NCBI RefSeq assembly: GCF_009914755.1
Contig: NC_060933.1
Source of the DNA: the human T2T-CHM13v2.0 reference genome, Homo sapiens
DNA: 64,000 nt
Reading direction: 5' to 3' (one strand)
Shown here: one piece after another, positions 38,414 to 52,293 of the stretch
How the letters are laid out: every line of letters begins with the position of its first letter
Position numbering within the stretch: position 1 is the stretch's first letter
Program-made: the position numbers and the translations under genes
Notes under the pieces: model-generated
Told to the model about the DNA's origin: nothing
What the model saw: the letters and a program-made list of their open reading frames with translations, nothing else
Database searches by the model: none

Positions 38414-40799
38414 ACTCATTCTCTTCAATCCGCCCCACTCGGGCTGCTCCTCTGTGGAAACTGCTGTCCGGGTGATGGGCACCTCTGTCTTTCCACTCTG
38501 ATGGCTGAATGTCGGTCCTCATCTCTATGGACTACACGCACTCCTCCCTCAGCTCCGGGACAGGGCACTCCCCCGACCCCCCACAGCCCTGGCTGCTCCT
38601 CCTCACCGGCTTCATTCTTGGGGAGTGGCAGCATCCTCTGTCTCTGACTTCGGTCGCTTCCTCGGTGGTGATGCATCAGGCAGGATGACACTTGCAAGGG
38701 ACCATCTACCACAATCTGTGCGATCTGTGCAAGGCGCAGGGAAGTCCCAAGGGCCAGGATTCACCATGCCTGCGTGATGCCATCCCCCGCTGGCAGGAAC
38801 AAGGGGAGGACGCAGGAACTGGAACTGGAGAGAGAGAAAGGAGAGTGGTGGGTGCCTGACAGGGCCGGAGCTTCAATTGAGGTGCACAGCCAACCCTCGG
38901 TGACCTGGCAGGAGGAAGTCAGGGGAATAGTAGACACCTTGGCCTTGCTCTTTCCTTCCCTCAAGGGCCTTTGGTGCTCCTGTTGGGCTAGCATAACCAG
39001 AAACCACAGGTCAAGGAACAGGCTGATGTGGCTTTCAAAGGCCAGCTCCAGCGTCACGCAGCACGGAGGGAAGGGCAGAGCAGATGTGGCGAGCCCAGCC
39101 TCCAGGCGCAGGGCTGCAGCAGTGGCCTCTCGTCTTGGCATCCCTCGAGAAACTCCACCCCTGCATAGCATCTCCACTTCTGTCCCCAGTAGGCAATTCT
39201 TAATTTCCACCCTGTGACTAACAAGCTCTTCCCTCTGTCTTCCCCATCTCGGCAAAGGGCATCCCCCTCGACTCAGTCACTCAGACCAAAAATGAAGAGC
39301 CTGTGTTTCTATCTCTCCTTCACATTTACACTGGACGCACTCTCTCTAAGAGAAAGAGGCACTGCTCATGGCCCCCATGTTCAAACCACATCATCTCTCT
39401 CTGTGCTGCTGTCAAAACCCCTCCCTGGGCTCTGATTTTTCTCTGTGACAGGCCAGTTGGCAGCCTCCCCGACAGCCTTAGCACCTGCTTCCCAGCTAAG
39501 CGAACCCTGATTTTGTTTGGGGCAACTATGTGCTCGCCTAGTGGGGGCTGGCCATCCTGGTCCACTTTGACACATGTTCACTTTCCCACCCTGTTAAAGT
39601 CAGGGCCGGCCACATGGCCCATGGCCTAACGGGGTTAAAGAGACACTTGCAGGGGGAGCCTCTGAGAAGCTTTTCCTTTGTTAGAAAAGAAAATCGTAAC
39701 CTGATTCACAAAGTGGTCATCCTTTGTACACCTGCCACTTCCTTCCCGTTTGAGATGCTGGTGTAGCGGTGTGATGCCCTGTGCTATGACAGCCACCCTG
39801 GGGCATGAGGCAACAGGCAGGAAGGCAGAAAGTGTATGTGGGGATTTTGGAGGGAGGAGAGATGGTGGCTTCGTATTCAGTGAGATCACAATGGCATCGT
39901 GCAAGCTGCTGCTAGCTGGGAAGCGGGTTGTTCGCCTCTGAATGCATCCTAAGTGATTCAGCACCCCAGCCTCCTGCAGTCCACACTCCACACGGCAGCC
40001 CGAGGGACCCTTCAGAGGCCTACGCGCCTCTGCTCGGAACTGTGCGGACTGCCTCCCTCTCAGAAGGCGCAGCCCGCACCCGGCCTCACTCTGCACTCAG
40101 CGCCTTGCGAGCGAGCTTCAGGTCCGAGAGGGTCCCTTGTTCCCGAAGGTCTCCCCGACCCCGGGGCCGCCTTTTTGGAGGTTGTGAGGACCCACGGGCC
40201 TGCACGAAGTGAGCGCTGTGTAAATGGTTGCTGTGCTTTGTACAAAACGGTCAGCTCCGTGAGGGCAGAGCTGGGAGCCCAGGACAGGCCCGGCCCGCGG
40301 TGGGCGCTCAAGGAGGCCTGGGGAATGGCAGTGACCGTGACAGGTTCCCTAACGGGGCGTGGCCTGCAAGGCGGTCAGAGGCTTCTCTGAGCTGAGATCC
40401 CGGAGCCAGCCCCGTGCGTGGAAACAGCAGGTCCCGCACCCGGGCTGGGGGCCCCCGACAGAAGCGTCCGCGTGGCACCAAGGCCGCGAGCCGAGCGCAC
40501 CCGGAGGGTTGGGAAGGCCGGGGACCCGGCGGGGACGGGGCGGGCCGGCCCAGGCCTGGCGCCCAGCTCTGGGCTGCAGCCCCAGGGCTGGTGGCGCCTC
40601 CGGGCGGAGCGAGGGGTCCGTCTGGGCCGAGTTTGAGGAGCCGAGGGCACCCAGGGGCGGTGCGGCCGGCAGAGTGGGCTCCGGGGACGGCCCGGGCTGG
40701 CGCTGAGCGGCCGTCGAGGACCCACAGGCTCGTCCGCTCCTGGGCCCGGCCCAGCCCCGGGGTGGGAGGCGCGGGGCGAGGGAGGCGCAGCCGGAGGGG

Positions 40800-40900
40800 C
40801 CGGGGCGGGGCGGGGGCGGCCGCGGGGCGGGGCCGGCGCGGCAGGGTGGGCGGGGCCGGCGCGGATTGGCCGGGCCCCGCCACGTGACCGGCCCCTTATA
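40800..40900 (+). promoter_or_regulatory. CACNA1B: CACNA1B core promoter: GC boxes, inverted CCAAT, E-box and TATA-like element
   Basis: Several GGGGCGGGG (40802-40832), ATTGG at 40865-40869, CACGTGAC at 40881-40888 and TTATAG at 40896-40901, all about 180-280 nt upstream of the ATG. Confidence 0.7.
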
Positions 40901-41077
40901 GGGCGTGGCGCGGGGCCGCGGAGTCGGGTGAGGCGGCGGCGGCTGCGGCGGTGGGGCCGGGCGAGGTCCGCTGCGGTCCCGGCGGCTCCGTGGCTGCTCC
41001 GCTCTGAGCGCCTGGCGCGCCCCGCGCCCTCCCTGCCGGGGCCGCTGGGCCGGGGATGCACGCGGGGCCCGGGAGCC

Positions 41078-41361
41078 ATGGTCCGCTTCGGGGACGAGCT
41101 GGGCGGCCGCTATGGGGGCCCCGGCGGCGGAGAGCGGGCCCGGGGCGGCGGGGCCGGCGGGGCGGGGGGCCCGGGTCCCGGGGGGCTGCAGCCCGGCCAG
41201 CGGGTCCTCTACAAGCAATCGATCGCGCAGCGCGCGCGGACCATGGCGCTGTACAACCCCATCCCGGTCAAGCAGAACTGCTTCACCGTCAACCGCTCGC
41301 TCTTCGTCTTCAGCGAGGACAACGTCGTCCGCAAATACGCGAAGCGCATCACCGAGTGGCC
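41078..41361 (+). CDS. CACNA1B: Voltage-dependent N-type calcium channel alpha-1B (Cav2.2), coding exon 1
   Basis: GCCATGG Kozak context. Translates [25 protein letters not shown]...[51 protein letters not shown]. 284 nt, ending at the ATATCCT donor. Confidence 0.98.
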
Positions 41362-42450
<1,089 letters not shown>

Positions 42451-45400
42451 TAACACCTTCCTCGAGGGCCAGGGCAGCTGGGGTCACCGGCTTAGCCCTG
42501 GGCGTGGCCACGTTAGCCCTGGGCCAGTCTGCCCTGTGCCACGAGCTACTCCTGCACCTCAATGGCTGTCCTGGCTTTCGGCGCTAGACTTTGATCCAGA
42601 AAACCATGTTCTAAACTTGGGGTGGGGAAGGGGCATTCATGTCTTCGGGAAGGTCAGCTCTGAATGCCATGTGTGCCCTGCTGGGCTGAGATGGGCTTTG
42701 GCCTGGATGTGGGAACCCTGAGCCTCATCCTCCAAGTTGTCTTGTGCGGGCCTGCTTGGAACCTCTTCTCCAGTGGGCCTCACCATCCTGTGGGAAGCAT
42801 TCCTTCTCAAACATTCTGAATCATTTTTACCTGTCCCCAGATTCCAGCCAAGAGGCCCCCGTGGTAGCCCCCATTGGAGCATAGAGTCTGTGTGAGTCAG
42901 GGTGCCAGGGCAAGGTCTCCGTGGCTCAACAGGAGGCAAGGTGGAAGGCCAGCCCTGTGGGGTCTCTGGAGGGGCTGGGTCAGAGGAAGGGCAGCATTTT
43001 GGAGGTGAGCAGTTTCTGAGGTCAGAGCATGTCCCCCAGCCCCCACTCTTCCCTGATGCCTGGCCCCATGTCTGGGTTCCGAGTGTGCCTAAAGACTGGA
43101 GCCTCCAGGTGAGCAGAAGGCAGAGCAAGTGGGGGCCCAGGGGGTGCGGGGCCAGAGGCGTCCAGGAGACGGCCTCTCTGGGGTGTCAGGAGCTGCTCCC
43201 TCTTCCCTTAAGCCTGGCTTCCGCCCCCACTAGCATCCTGAGACAAGAGCTATTCAGACTTTAGCCCTGAAACTGAACTCCCTTTGAACCTGGGCCACCG
43301 CAGGCCCAGGAGTGCAGAAGGGGAGACAGGGAGCCTGTCCTGGAGGTGAGGCACCAGGAGGTGAGTTATGGGTGGCCGAGGTGAGGAGGTCTTAATGGAG
43401 CACAGTCTGGAATGCCCAGTGGTCTGGGTTACGGCCGGGTGAGGAGGAGGAGCATGGACAGCCCAGCCACACCATGAGGCAGGCGTGAGTCATGGTCCCT
43501 GTGGGGGACTTGGGCAGGACCCTGGTGGGGCCCATTGCTTTCTGGAGGCTGGAGAAGAGGGTGAGCTTGAGAGGAAACAGGCAGAGAGCCTTGAATGCCA
43601 AGTCACAGGAAGGAGGGCAGGGCCAGGGTCAGAGGGACGCAGGCCCAGGAGCCAGGCCGGGGCGGGGGCAGGGAGGATCAAGCTGTCTTGCCCTGCCAGG
43701 CAGTGGGTGTCCAGCCTTGCAAGTTCCTGCCTCGCAGGTGTGGGAGGGTTTACTTTGTGGTCATAGGTTGGGGAGGACACTTCTAGGAGTGGCGAGCTAA
43801 CCTGTTGGGAAAACTGCAGAACATGCCCGCCCTGAGCCAGCCTAGAGGTCTGGGGAGCTCTTGACCAGTCCCAGTCCCATGTGCAGGCCCAGCCATTGAT
43901 GTCCCCTGGGATGGAGGGGAGGCTGTGCTGCTGCCCACAGAGCAGGCCGAGGCTGGGTGGTGCAGGGGCAGCCCCTCAGTTGTCTCCCAGCCTGGCCCTG
44001 GGCGAGGCCTCCCTGGTTCCCTGCCTCTCGGGGCTGTTTCCCACCTCCCCGTCGACTCTGGAGCTACCTCGAGCCAGGCCCCAGCTTGCAGTGCAACACC
44101 AAGCTGCCTGCACACCCATCCCTCCCACCTAAGCCAGCCTTCAGCCATGGGCTGGGCAGGGCAGAGCTGTGAGGAGAGGGCTCGGGCTGGGGGCTCCTTC
44201 CCAGCTGAGGGTGCTGGCTGGTCCTTCCTAGGCGTCGGGCCTGTTCTCTTTTTCACCAGGAAGTTTCCTGTGAAGATCTCTGTCTGCTGCGGCCCCACTG
44301 TTCCCCTGGGGCAGATGGTCAGCAACCCCACCCCTTGGGAAAAGGGGTCCCTCCTAAACAAATCAGACCAGAAGGCTCGAGGCCAGGAAGAGCATGGGCG
44401 AGTCAGCACGGGTCATGATGGACCCTTGGGTGCTGGTAGCTTCTACCAGGTACTGCCAGCCAAGCCTTGGGCCAGCTCCACCACAGGACAGGAGGAGCCC
44501 AGGCTGAGTAAGGTGGGAGTCAGATGCGGAGAGCCCTCGAGAGCCTGGCTTCCTGGGGAGGAAGGCACAGGCTGTGGAACTGGTGGCACTCACCTCACCT
44601 GGCAGCTCTGTGGCAGCCCAGCAGCTGCTTCTTCCTGTGACTTCCACAGTCCTGAAGACGAACCCTCAGGGGAGGCCCTTGAAGCTGGTCTCCTCTCCCC
44701 ACCCCTTCACCTGCTTCCTAAGGCAGCAGCCCTGGAGTGCAGGTGTCCGACACCCCCATGCCAACCCTGCACATGCAGCTCCCTCAGCCCAGCTTCCCGG
44801 GCTTGCCTTGCACAGGGCCTTTCCCTGCCAGCCCCACGCGTGTGCTCACGAGGAGTCTTTGGGGTCTCCCTAAGCTCCACACAGCCCCATCTCCACCCTG
44901 TTTGCTGCTTCCAGCTCGGCACTGGTAGGGCCTGGCTCTGCTCTCTCATGTCCAGTAACTGTTGGCTGGAGCTCAGCCTGGGGTGCAGGAAAGGGATCTT
45001 TTTAGGATCAGCTGTCTTCATTCCTTTGGCTGCTCTGTTCCCTCCACCTGGATCCCTTTCTCAAAATCGAGCTGTGGAAGCCTTGCCTGCAGGCGCCACG
45101 CCCTCTGGGAGGCTCCCTGCGGTCTGAGCCCAGGGTGGCTCCCAGCTTCAGGCTCAGACTGTGGCTGGCTGCCTCCAGGGTCCTCACAGATGTGGCGGTC
45201 GTCGCTCAGCACACTCAGGGCTGAGGTTGTGCTTCTCATTTCTGTTGTTTTCTGCCGAGATGTGCATGTTCTGGTTACCCGGGTGCATGTTGAATGCATA
45301 AACGGGGCCTGGACTGAGTTCAAGAAAGCCTGAGCTGTATCCAGGCAACCTTGTGCAGGTTCCCACCCAGAGGCTGCTGTGGCCTCTGCCTGGCTCCTGG

Positions 45401-45887
45401 GCATCTCTGTGCCTCTGTCTCCCACATGTTAGAATGGGGATGACCTCATGGGGTATTAAAGGGCCACCCTAGTTGATAAAGGAAAAACTACCTGATAAGC
45501 ACCCACAACTAGTACTGTTACATCACTGTCTTCCCCGAAGCAAGGCCCACTGCATGGTGCTAGCAGGGAGATTGGGGCCCCACTGTGACGTGGGCAGAAG
45601 CTGAGATGCCAGGGTGGGAGGCACGAGGGGCCTGCAGGCATGACTGGGATGTTGCTGCTGTAAACAGTGGTGTCCCCATTAGGGGACATGTGCAGACAGC
45701 AAGCAGGCTCAGTGATGGGAATGGCTCCTTGGAGAATCTGCAGGGTGTTGGGGGCAAGGTGAGGAGGGTCAGACCCTCACGATAGCTGTGGCCTGCACAT
45801 GGTGGGGTGGGGTCCTCACCAACCGTCTCTGCCCGCTACTACACCGGGTAGGGGCCAGGGGTGACCACTGTTCTGCGCTTCTCCTAG

Positions 45888-46028
<141 letters not shown>

Positions 46029-47446
46029 TAGGCAAGCTGAGGCCAGGAGGCCCAGCGTGTGAGGCCCGGGCGTGTGCTCTCTGAAGCTCAGTTGCGCCGT
46101 GGAGCTGGGGCAGCTGCAGTCCCCTCACTGGGGTCCCCTCACAGCCCTGCTGGAGATGAACGAATGTGAGACAGTCTGTTTGCCACCCTGTGTGCTATGG
46201 GGGTGCTTCTCCCAGGGGTGCCAGTGCTGTATTTCTCGCTGACGGATCACAGTGACCTGTCCCCAGGAGGCGCTGGCTTGCAGAGCGCACAGGCCAGGGG
46301 CCACCAGCTTCCATGGCTGGCCTGAGCCAGCATGGTGCCTGTTGGAGGTGGCTTTGCTGCCCAGGTGAGGGGCTTCCTAGCGAGGAGGAGGGCTGGACTT
46401 CTGGCCTCACCCAAGCCTGTGGTCTGGGAGGGGCACTTGGCGGTTTGAATTCTGTGCCTGCCTGAGACGCTCACCTGTGGTGTCCACCTCGCTCAGAGCC
46501 CTTGTGCTGCCTGGGATGAGGCTGTGTGTGTCGAGTGCTTTCACAGTTCCTAGTGCCAGGAAGGTGCTTCGGCAGTTTCTCCTCAACCACTTACCCTAAC
46601 AACAGCTTGTGATTGCCAAAGTAACCAGCACATCTAGAAGATGGACCCAAGGGGCCTGGATGGGAGCTCAGGTCCAGTGCTCTGCACCCCACCCTCCAGG
46701 GTGTTAACTCCCCAACCTGTGCAGTGGGCACTGTGAGGTCCCCTTTCCTGCTTCCCTGACTGGCAGGCGGAAGGCTGGGCTGGGCTGCTGTGGCTCTGGT
46801 GTGGAGAGTGGTGGCTGGGGAGTGAGTGCTTGGGGAGTTGCCCCCACAGAGCCTGTTAGCACTTCAGTGTCAGAGGCCCTGTGCTGGGCCAGGGACCACT
46901 GTCTGCTCTTTCCTGAGCCTTATGGTTCCGAGGCTCAGAGCCCAGATGGAAGAGGAGGGAGCAGGCCCCACAGCAGGCGAGAGCTCTCCTTCCAGAGCCC
47001 CATCCTCACCCAGTGACTGCCCCAAGATGCCTGGTGCACAGGAGGGTATATGGAGGGGTGTTTGGGCTGGTGGCAGAGGAGGAAGGAGATGGCTGTGGAG
47101 TCCTCGAGTCTGGGGCTCATGCCTTCAAGGTTCTGTGTGTGTGAGGAAGAAGCAGTCGGCTACATGGCCTCTGGTCTCTTGGGTGAGGCCCTCAGAGGGA
47201 GCCTCGCATTGCCTGCCTGGATCCCGGGGTGCTGCCCCCATCTGCTCTGCCTGCTCCTGAGCCTGGGGCTGGCCCCTGCTGGGTGAGAGCAGCATGTACA
47301 GAACTGGGCTTGGGGGTGTCGCATGGAAGGCTCAGCCCCCAGAGCTGTCTGGGCTTGGGAGTGTCACACAGAAGGCTCAGCCCCCAGAGCTGTCTGTGAT
47401 GTGCTGGGCACAGCAGCATTGAGGTGGATTCTGTGCCTTTCTGCAG

Positions 47447-47543
47447 CACGGCCCTGGGGTAGAATTTATGGAAGGCCCTGTGGGGGTCTGTGGCTCCACG
47501 GCCCTGGGGTAGAATTTATGGAAGGCCCTGTGGGGGTCTGTGG
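47447..47543 (+). repeat. Tandem duplication, 50-bp period, about 2 copies
   Basis: cacggccctggggtagaatttatggaaggccctgtgggggtctgtgg occurs at 47447 and 47497. Confidence 0.9.
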
Positions 47544-47879
47544 TTCCGCTAGCAATGCCCGTTGGGGGCTGGGGTGGGAGGTGGCTGGTGGAGAGTGTGG
47601 CCTCTCAGAGGACTGGGCGCTCCCACATCCAGTGGGCACTCCCAGAAGCAGCCCAGGAGTCATGGTAGCTGTTTACCCCTCTCTCTCCCTGTGGACCCAA
47701 GTCCCTGAGGACAACGGTGCCTTATTTTTTTCAGGAGGTCCCTAGAGCCTCACTTGGAGTGGGCACCCAGGAGGGGCAGTGTGCCTCTGCTGAAGTAATG
47801 AATTGTTGGGGTGTAAGCAGTGCTGGGGGGTGCGGGCCAGCGGGCAGCTGGGTAGAGGTGGCAGCACCCGGCCTCATGG

Positions 47880-47900
47880 GGCGCTGTCCATGGTGCTGAG
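47880..47900 (-). promoter_or_regulatory. RE1/NRSE (REST binding site), intron 3
   Basis: Minus strand CTCAGCACCATGGACAGCGCC matches the consensus at 19 of 21 positions. Confidence 0.92.
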
Positions 47901-50900
47901 TGTGTCGGCCCTTGAGGGCCAGGAGAGGAGGCAGGAGGAGTTGCACCAAGCCATGGGCAGGACCCCTGGATCTCCCAGCACACATAGACTGGGTCCAGGG
48001 CTGCTCCTCCTTCCCCTCCCCTTCTTCCCCCTCCCCCTCCTCTTCCCGCCTCCCTCTTCTGTTTCTCTTCATCTCTCTCCCTCTCCCTCCTCTCCCCTCT
48101 TCCCCCCCCCCCTCCTCCCACTTTGCCTGTCTAGCCCTTTGTCTCCTCTCCACGCTCTCTGTCTCTGGCCCTCTTGGTGTCTTGGTGTCTCTCTGCCTCT
48201 CCCTCTTTTCTTCTGCCCCTCTTTCCCTTGGCTTGGGCACGTCTCTGCTCGCCTGTGTCTGCAGCAGGGCCTGGGCGTTGCTGGGGTGGCTCCCAGGTTC
48301 CTCTGCCTCCACACGTCTTCCCTCCAGGCAGCCTGGGTTGTGCAGGGAACCCCGGGTTGGAGGTGATCTGTGTCCCACGGGGCCACATGCTGGCTCCAAG
48401 TCACGGGAGGGAGCCGCTTTGCTGCTCTCGTGTGGGGCACCTGGGGACACGTGAACCCCTGTGTGCGTATCTGTGTGTGGAGGGGGCTGGGTCTGCTGTG
48501 CGGCGAGTGCTGGTCCATGGGGAGCCCAGGGAGGAACCCTCACCTCACCCCTGTGAGCCAAGGGCCTGTGGGTAGTGGGCGGTATTTCTCATTAGTTTGT
48601 TGTTTTTAATTAGAGTTGATTTAATTGGTGCTCAGAGGGTTGGAGGGAGAGGCAGACACCCTGGCCTGTTGCTTGGCAAAGCCTTGAGCACCCTCAGAGG
48701 CCAGCTGGGGCCGCTCTGCTCCTGAGGCTGGTGTGGAGCTATGGAGGAGGCCCTGGGTCCATGCCTCCTGCTGCCTGGAGAGGCTCTGAGCCTCCGTGTT
48801 CTCACCTGGGAGGGAAGGCGGGCGCTCTGTCCCCTTGTCTCCGCTTTGCTTCTCTCCCAGGACTTTGGGGCACCCTTTGTTAGCCTGCGTGAGTGCGTCT
48901 GGGCTGTGGGGGGGCTGTAGTCGGCTGTAATGCTGCCGAGCTCCTGCTGCCCTGGGGAGCAGCTGTGGGGCCTGGGCTGGGGTACTGTGAGGATCATCAG
49001 AGTGTGCTTCTGAGAAACCCTAGGCCTGTGAGGGCTGCTGGCAGCTTCCTGCTCTTGTGTGTGCCCAGGGCCTCCAGGCCCTCAGTTCCCAGCCATGCTC
49101 TTGACTGGGTCAGCCCATGTGTGGCCACCTGGAACTCCTCTGACTCGCTTGGGCCGGGGTGAGGTCACAGTGGCTGGGTCCCTGCCACAGGACTCTGCCT
49201 CCTTTCCAGGAGGGCTCCTGGCGCCTGGCCGTCTCCTGTGGTCGTCTGAGTGGATCATTTGCCAAGAGAGATTCTGGGCCCAGGAGTGAGGCTTCCCTTC
49301 CCCGGCTTCCAATAACACCGTGCTACCAGGGTGGGGTCGGGGCTGAGCCGGCTCCCCACACAGAGTGGGCCTGGGGTGAGGACAGGGGTCCGGTTGTGTC
49401 TGACATGGGGGCCTCCAGCAGTTCACTCCAGCAAGAGCCCCACTGAGTGCTAGGGCGCAGCTCTTAAGGACCTCAGGCCACGGGGAGGAGGTGGGAGGAG
49501 GCGGGAAGGCCACCACTTCCCTGCCTTCGTCTGCCTTCCCGTCCATGCCCCATCCACCATCCTGCCCTCTGCTCAGCTCTCTGGCCCTGTGTCTGTCCAG
49601 CCAGGTGGGCAGCCCTGCTGCCAGCCCTCCCTCCACCTGTTCATCATTCATTCATTCAGTGTTCATGGAGCCTCTGCCAGGTGCTGAGGACTCAGGAGTG
49701 AAGGAAGACAGCTGAACCTCTGCCCGGTGGCCCATGTTCTGGGGACAAGACACCTCCCGGGCCTGGTCTCTTTGCAGCCTGGTGTGGTGCACAGCGGCAT
49801 AGGCGTGCCCCAGAGAGCAGTCGGCGGGTGGACGGATGACCAGAGAGCAGTCGGCGGGTGGACGGATGAGTGGATGGTGATGAGTTGCGGCATGGGCGTG
49901 CCCCAGAGAGCAGTCGGCAGGTGGACGGATGAGTGGATGGTGATGAGTGGCGGGCTTTTTTTCCCCACATATGAAATGAGATAAAGCATGCAGGGTGCAG
50001 GCCTGGAGGTGCCACTTTGCATAGGGTCATCAGAGGAAGGACTGGAGAGCGTGAGGGGTGAGCCATCTAGCAGCCTGGGAAGAGGTATGGCTGGAGGTGG
50101 TGATTCGAGGGACATGGGTGTCCCAGTCATCTTCAGAGCTTGAGACCACCCAGGATCCCCAGGGAATGGGAAGTGTGGAGGAAGAGCTGCCCTGTGATGG
50201 AGACCAGGGCACCTGGACTTACAAGTGGCAGCTGGCGGTGAGGTTGGCGGAGCAGCGGAGGTGTGCCTGGCGTAGACGGTGTTCTAGGAAGGAAGAGCAT
50301 GCAGAGGCCTCTGCAGAGGCCACGAGAGGACCCAAGGCTGTGCACTGCGCCCCGTGGGTCTGAGGCAGGAGCTGGTCCAGCCATGTGGTGGGGGTGAGGG
50401 CTTGCTGGGAATGGGAGGAGAGGGGTTGTGGTGGGCACCTGTAGGCAATGCTTGTCTTTTAGAGAGTTTTGCAGCAAAGTGAGGCAGAGTGACAGGGGCA
50501 GGGGCAGGAGGGAGATGGAGGCCAGGAGAGTTTTATGAAGTTGGGGGTTTGCAGCCCGTCCATGCCACGTGCATAGTCCAGGAGGGAAGGACAAGTGGAC
50601 AGTGTGGACAGAAAGGGGACAGCCCTGGAGCCGTGAGGGAAGCAGAGTCCAGGACCTCCGGGAGTGCGGGCCTGTGCATCTGCATAGACCAGCAGATGCA
50701 GGAAGGGTGGCGTGGAAGTCCTCTAACTGTGTCCAAGTTTCCACTGAATTTGGAAGCACGTCCATCAGCCAAGGTGGGGTGCGAAGTGAGACAGAGGGAG
50801 AGGGAGCGAGTGAGTGAGTGCGTGGACTAGAAGCCCCTCCATCCGCTGCCCCAGCCTCTCACTCCCCCTGCCCCACCCTCCATCCACCCCTTCTTTGTCC

Positions 50901-52085
50901 CCTTGTCATCCATTCACTCATTCCTTAGGAAGGGGCTCGTCGAGCGCAGCTACTACCTCCTCGTCCCTGTTCCAGTTGCTGGGGACACAGTAGTGCACAA
51001 CACAGGCCGTTCCTGCCCTCTCAGAGGCTGCGTCCTCCTGGGCGAGGCAGGCAGTGAGTGTTGCAGGGCAGTCGGGGTGTAGTGTGTCCTTCCACTGGGG
51101 TGGGGTGGCCCCTGGGGAGCAGCTCCAGCAGGGGAGAGGCTGGGAGGGTGGCGGGGGCAGGGGGGCCTTGGCTCGGGCGTTGGAGGGCTCTGAGCACAGG
51201 TGTGGCCCAATTGACTCGTGATGGGTGCTGGGGGCACAGTGTAGACGGTAGGGAAGGAGAGTGGGAGCCGGAAGCAGTGATCCAGGTGGGAGTGGTGAGG
51301 GTTTGTACCAGGGAGTGGCGCTGGAGAACGGGGCAGGTGGGCTCTGACACCCAGAAAAGGTAGAGCCCACGGGAAGCCCCGTGGTGCCTCCGGAGTCTGT
51401 CACCCATCGGCGCAGGTGCCTTTCCCCTTCCGTGCCCCAGCCAGTCTCACGTGCATCCACGCTCCCAGTCCTGTCCCCACGTCACTGCCTCTGCCCTCCC
51501 GGGCCCCTCAGGAAGCCCCTGTCAAGCCTCTGGCCCTGTGGGGCTGGTTGCACCTGGGGGTCAGGGACATGGGCAGGGCCCCCAGAACCCCAAAGCCCTG
51601 CGCGTCCCCACCCCTGTTGTGGCTCCAGCCTGGTGCTACCCTCCATGGCCCTTGGGGACATCAGAGAAACACATCCTGGCTCAGGCAGGTGGCTCTCCGG
51701 GGGAGCTTTCCAACCACGGCTTCTTGTTTTAGTCTAAATTAAACTGGGATTTCTTTCCAGGACATGTAATTAGAGCCCAGCTTTCTCCCTGGACCCGGCC
51801 TCCTGTGGGTTGAAGAGAGGGTGTGTGGGTGTGTGGCCGCTGCACCAGGAGGGAGTCTGGTCAGCGGAGCTCAGGGGCCGAGGCACTGCTGACCCTGAGC
51901 TTCCTGGGCAACCACTGTGGCCTCCTGTTCTTTTGGGCTTTGTGGACGCAGGCCGATTCAGATGGTGGCAGGCACTTCTCAGGGAGAAGCCAGGCCCAGC
52001 TCAGGGCCCCACAGAGGGTCCCCATGGGCAAGGAGGGTCCACCCAGGGGAGCAGCAGCCCATGTGCAAGTGTGCGGCTCAGGGAT

Positions 52086-52293
52086 GACCTGACGCTGTGT
52101 CTGAAAACAGGTGACAGCCCAGAGACGCTGCCTTCCCGCAAGGCGACCTGACGCTGTGTCTGAACACAGGTGACAGCCCAGAGACGCTGCCTTCCCGCAA
52201 GGCGACCTGACGCTGTGTCTGAACACAGGTGACAGCCCAGAGACGCTGCCTTCCCACAAGGCGACCTGACACTGTGTCTGAACACAGGTGACA
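52086..52293 (+). repeat. 59-bp minisatellite, about 3.5 copies
   Basis: Unit gacctgacgctgtgtctgaacacaggtgacagcccagagacgctgccttcccgcaaggc starts at 52086, 52145, 52204 and 52263. Confidence 0.93.

Noticed and set aside
40262-40292. Weak RE1-like sequence ctgggagcccaggacaggccc upstream of the promoter
   Set aside because: Only the GGACAG half matches, which is too poor to call from sequence alone.
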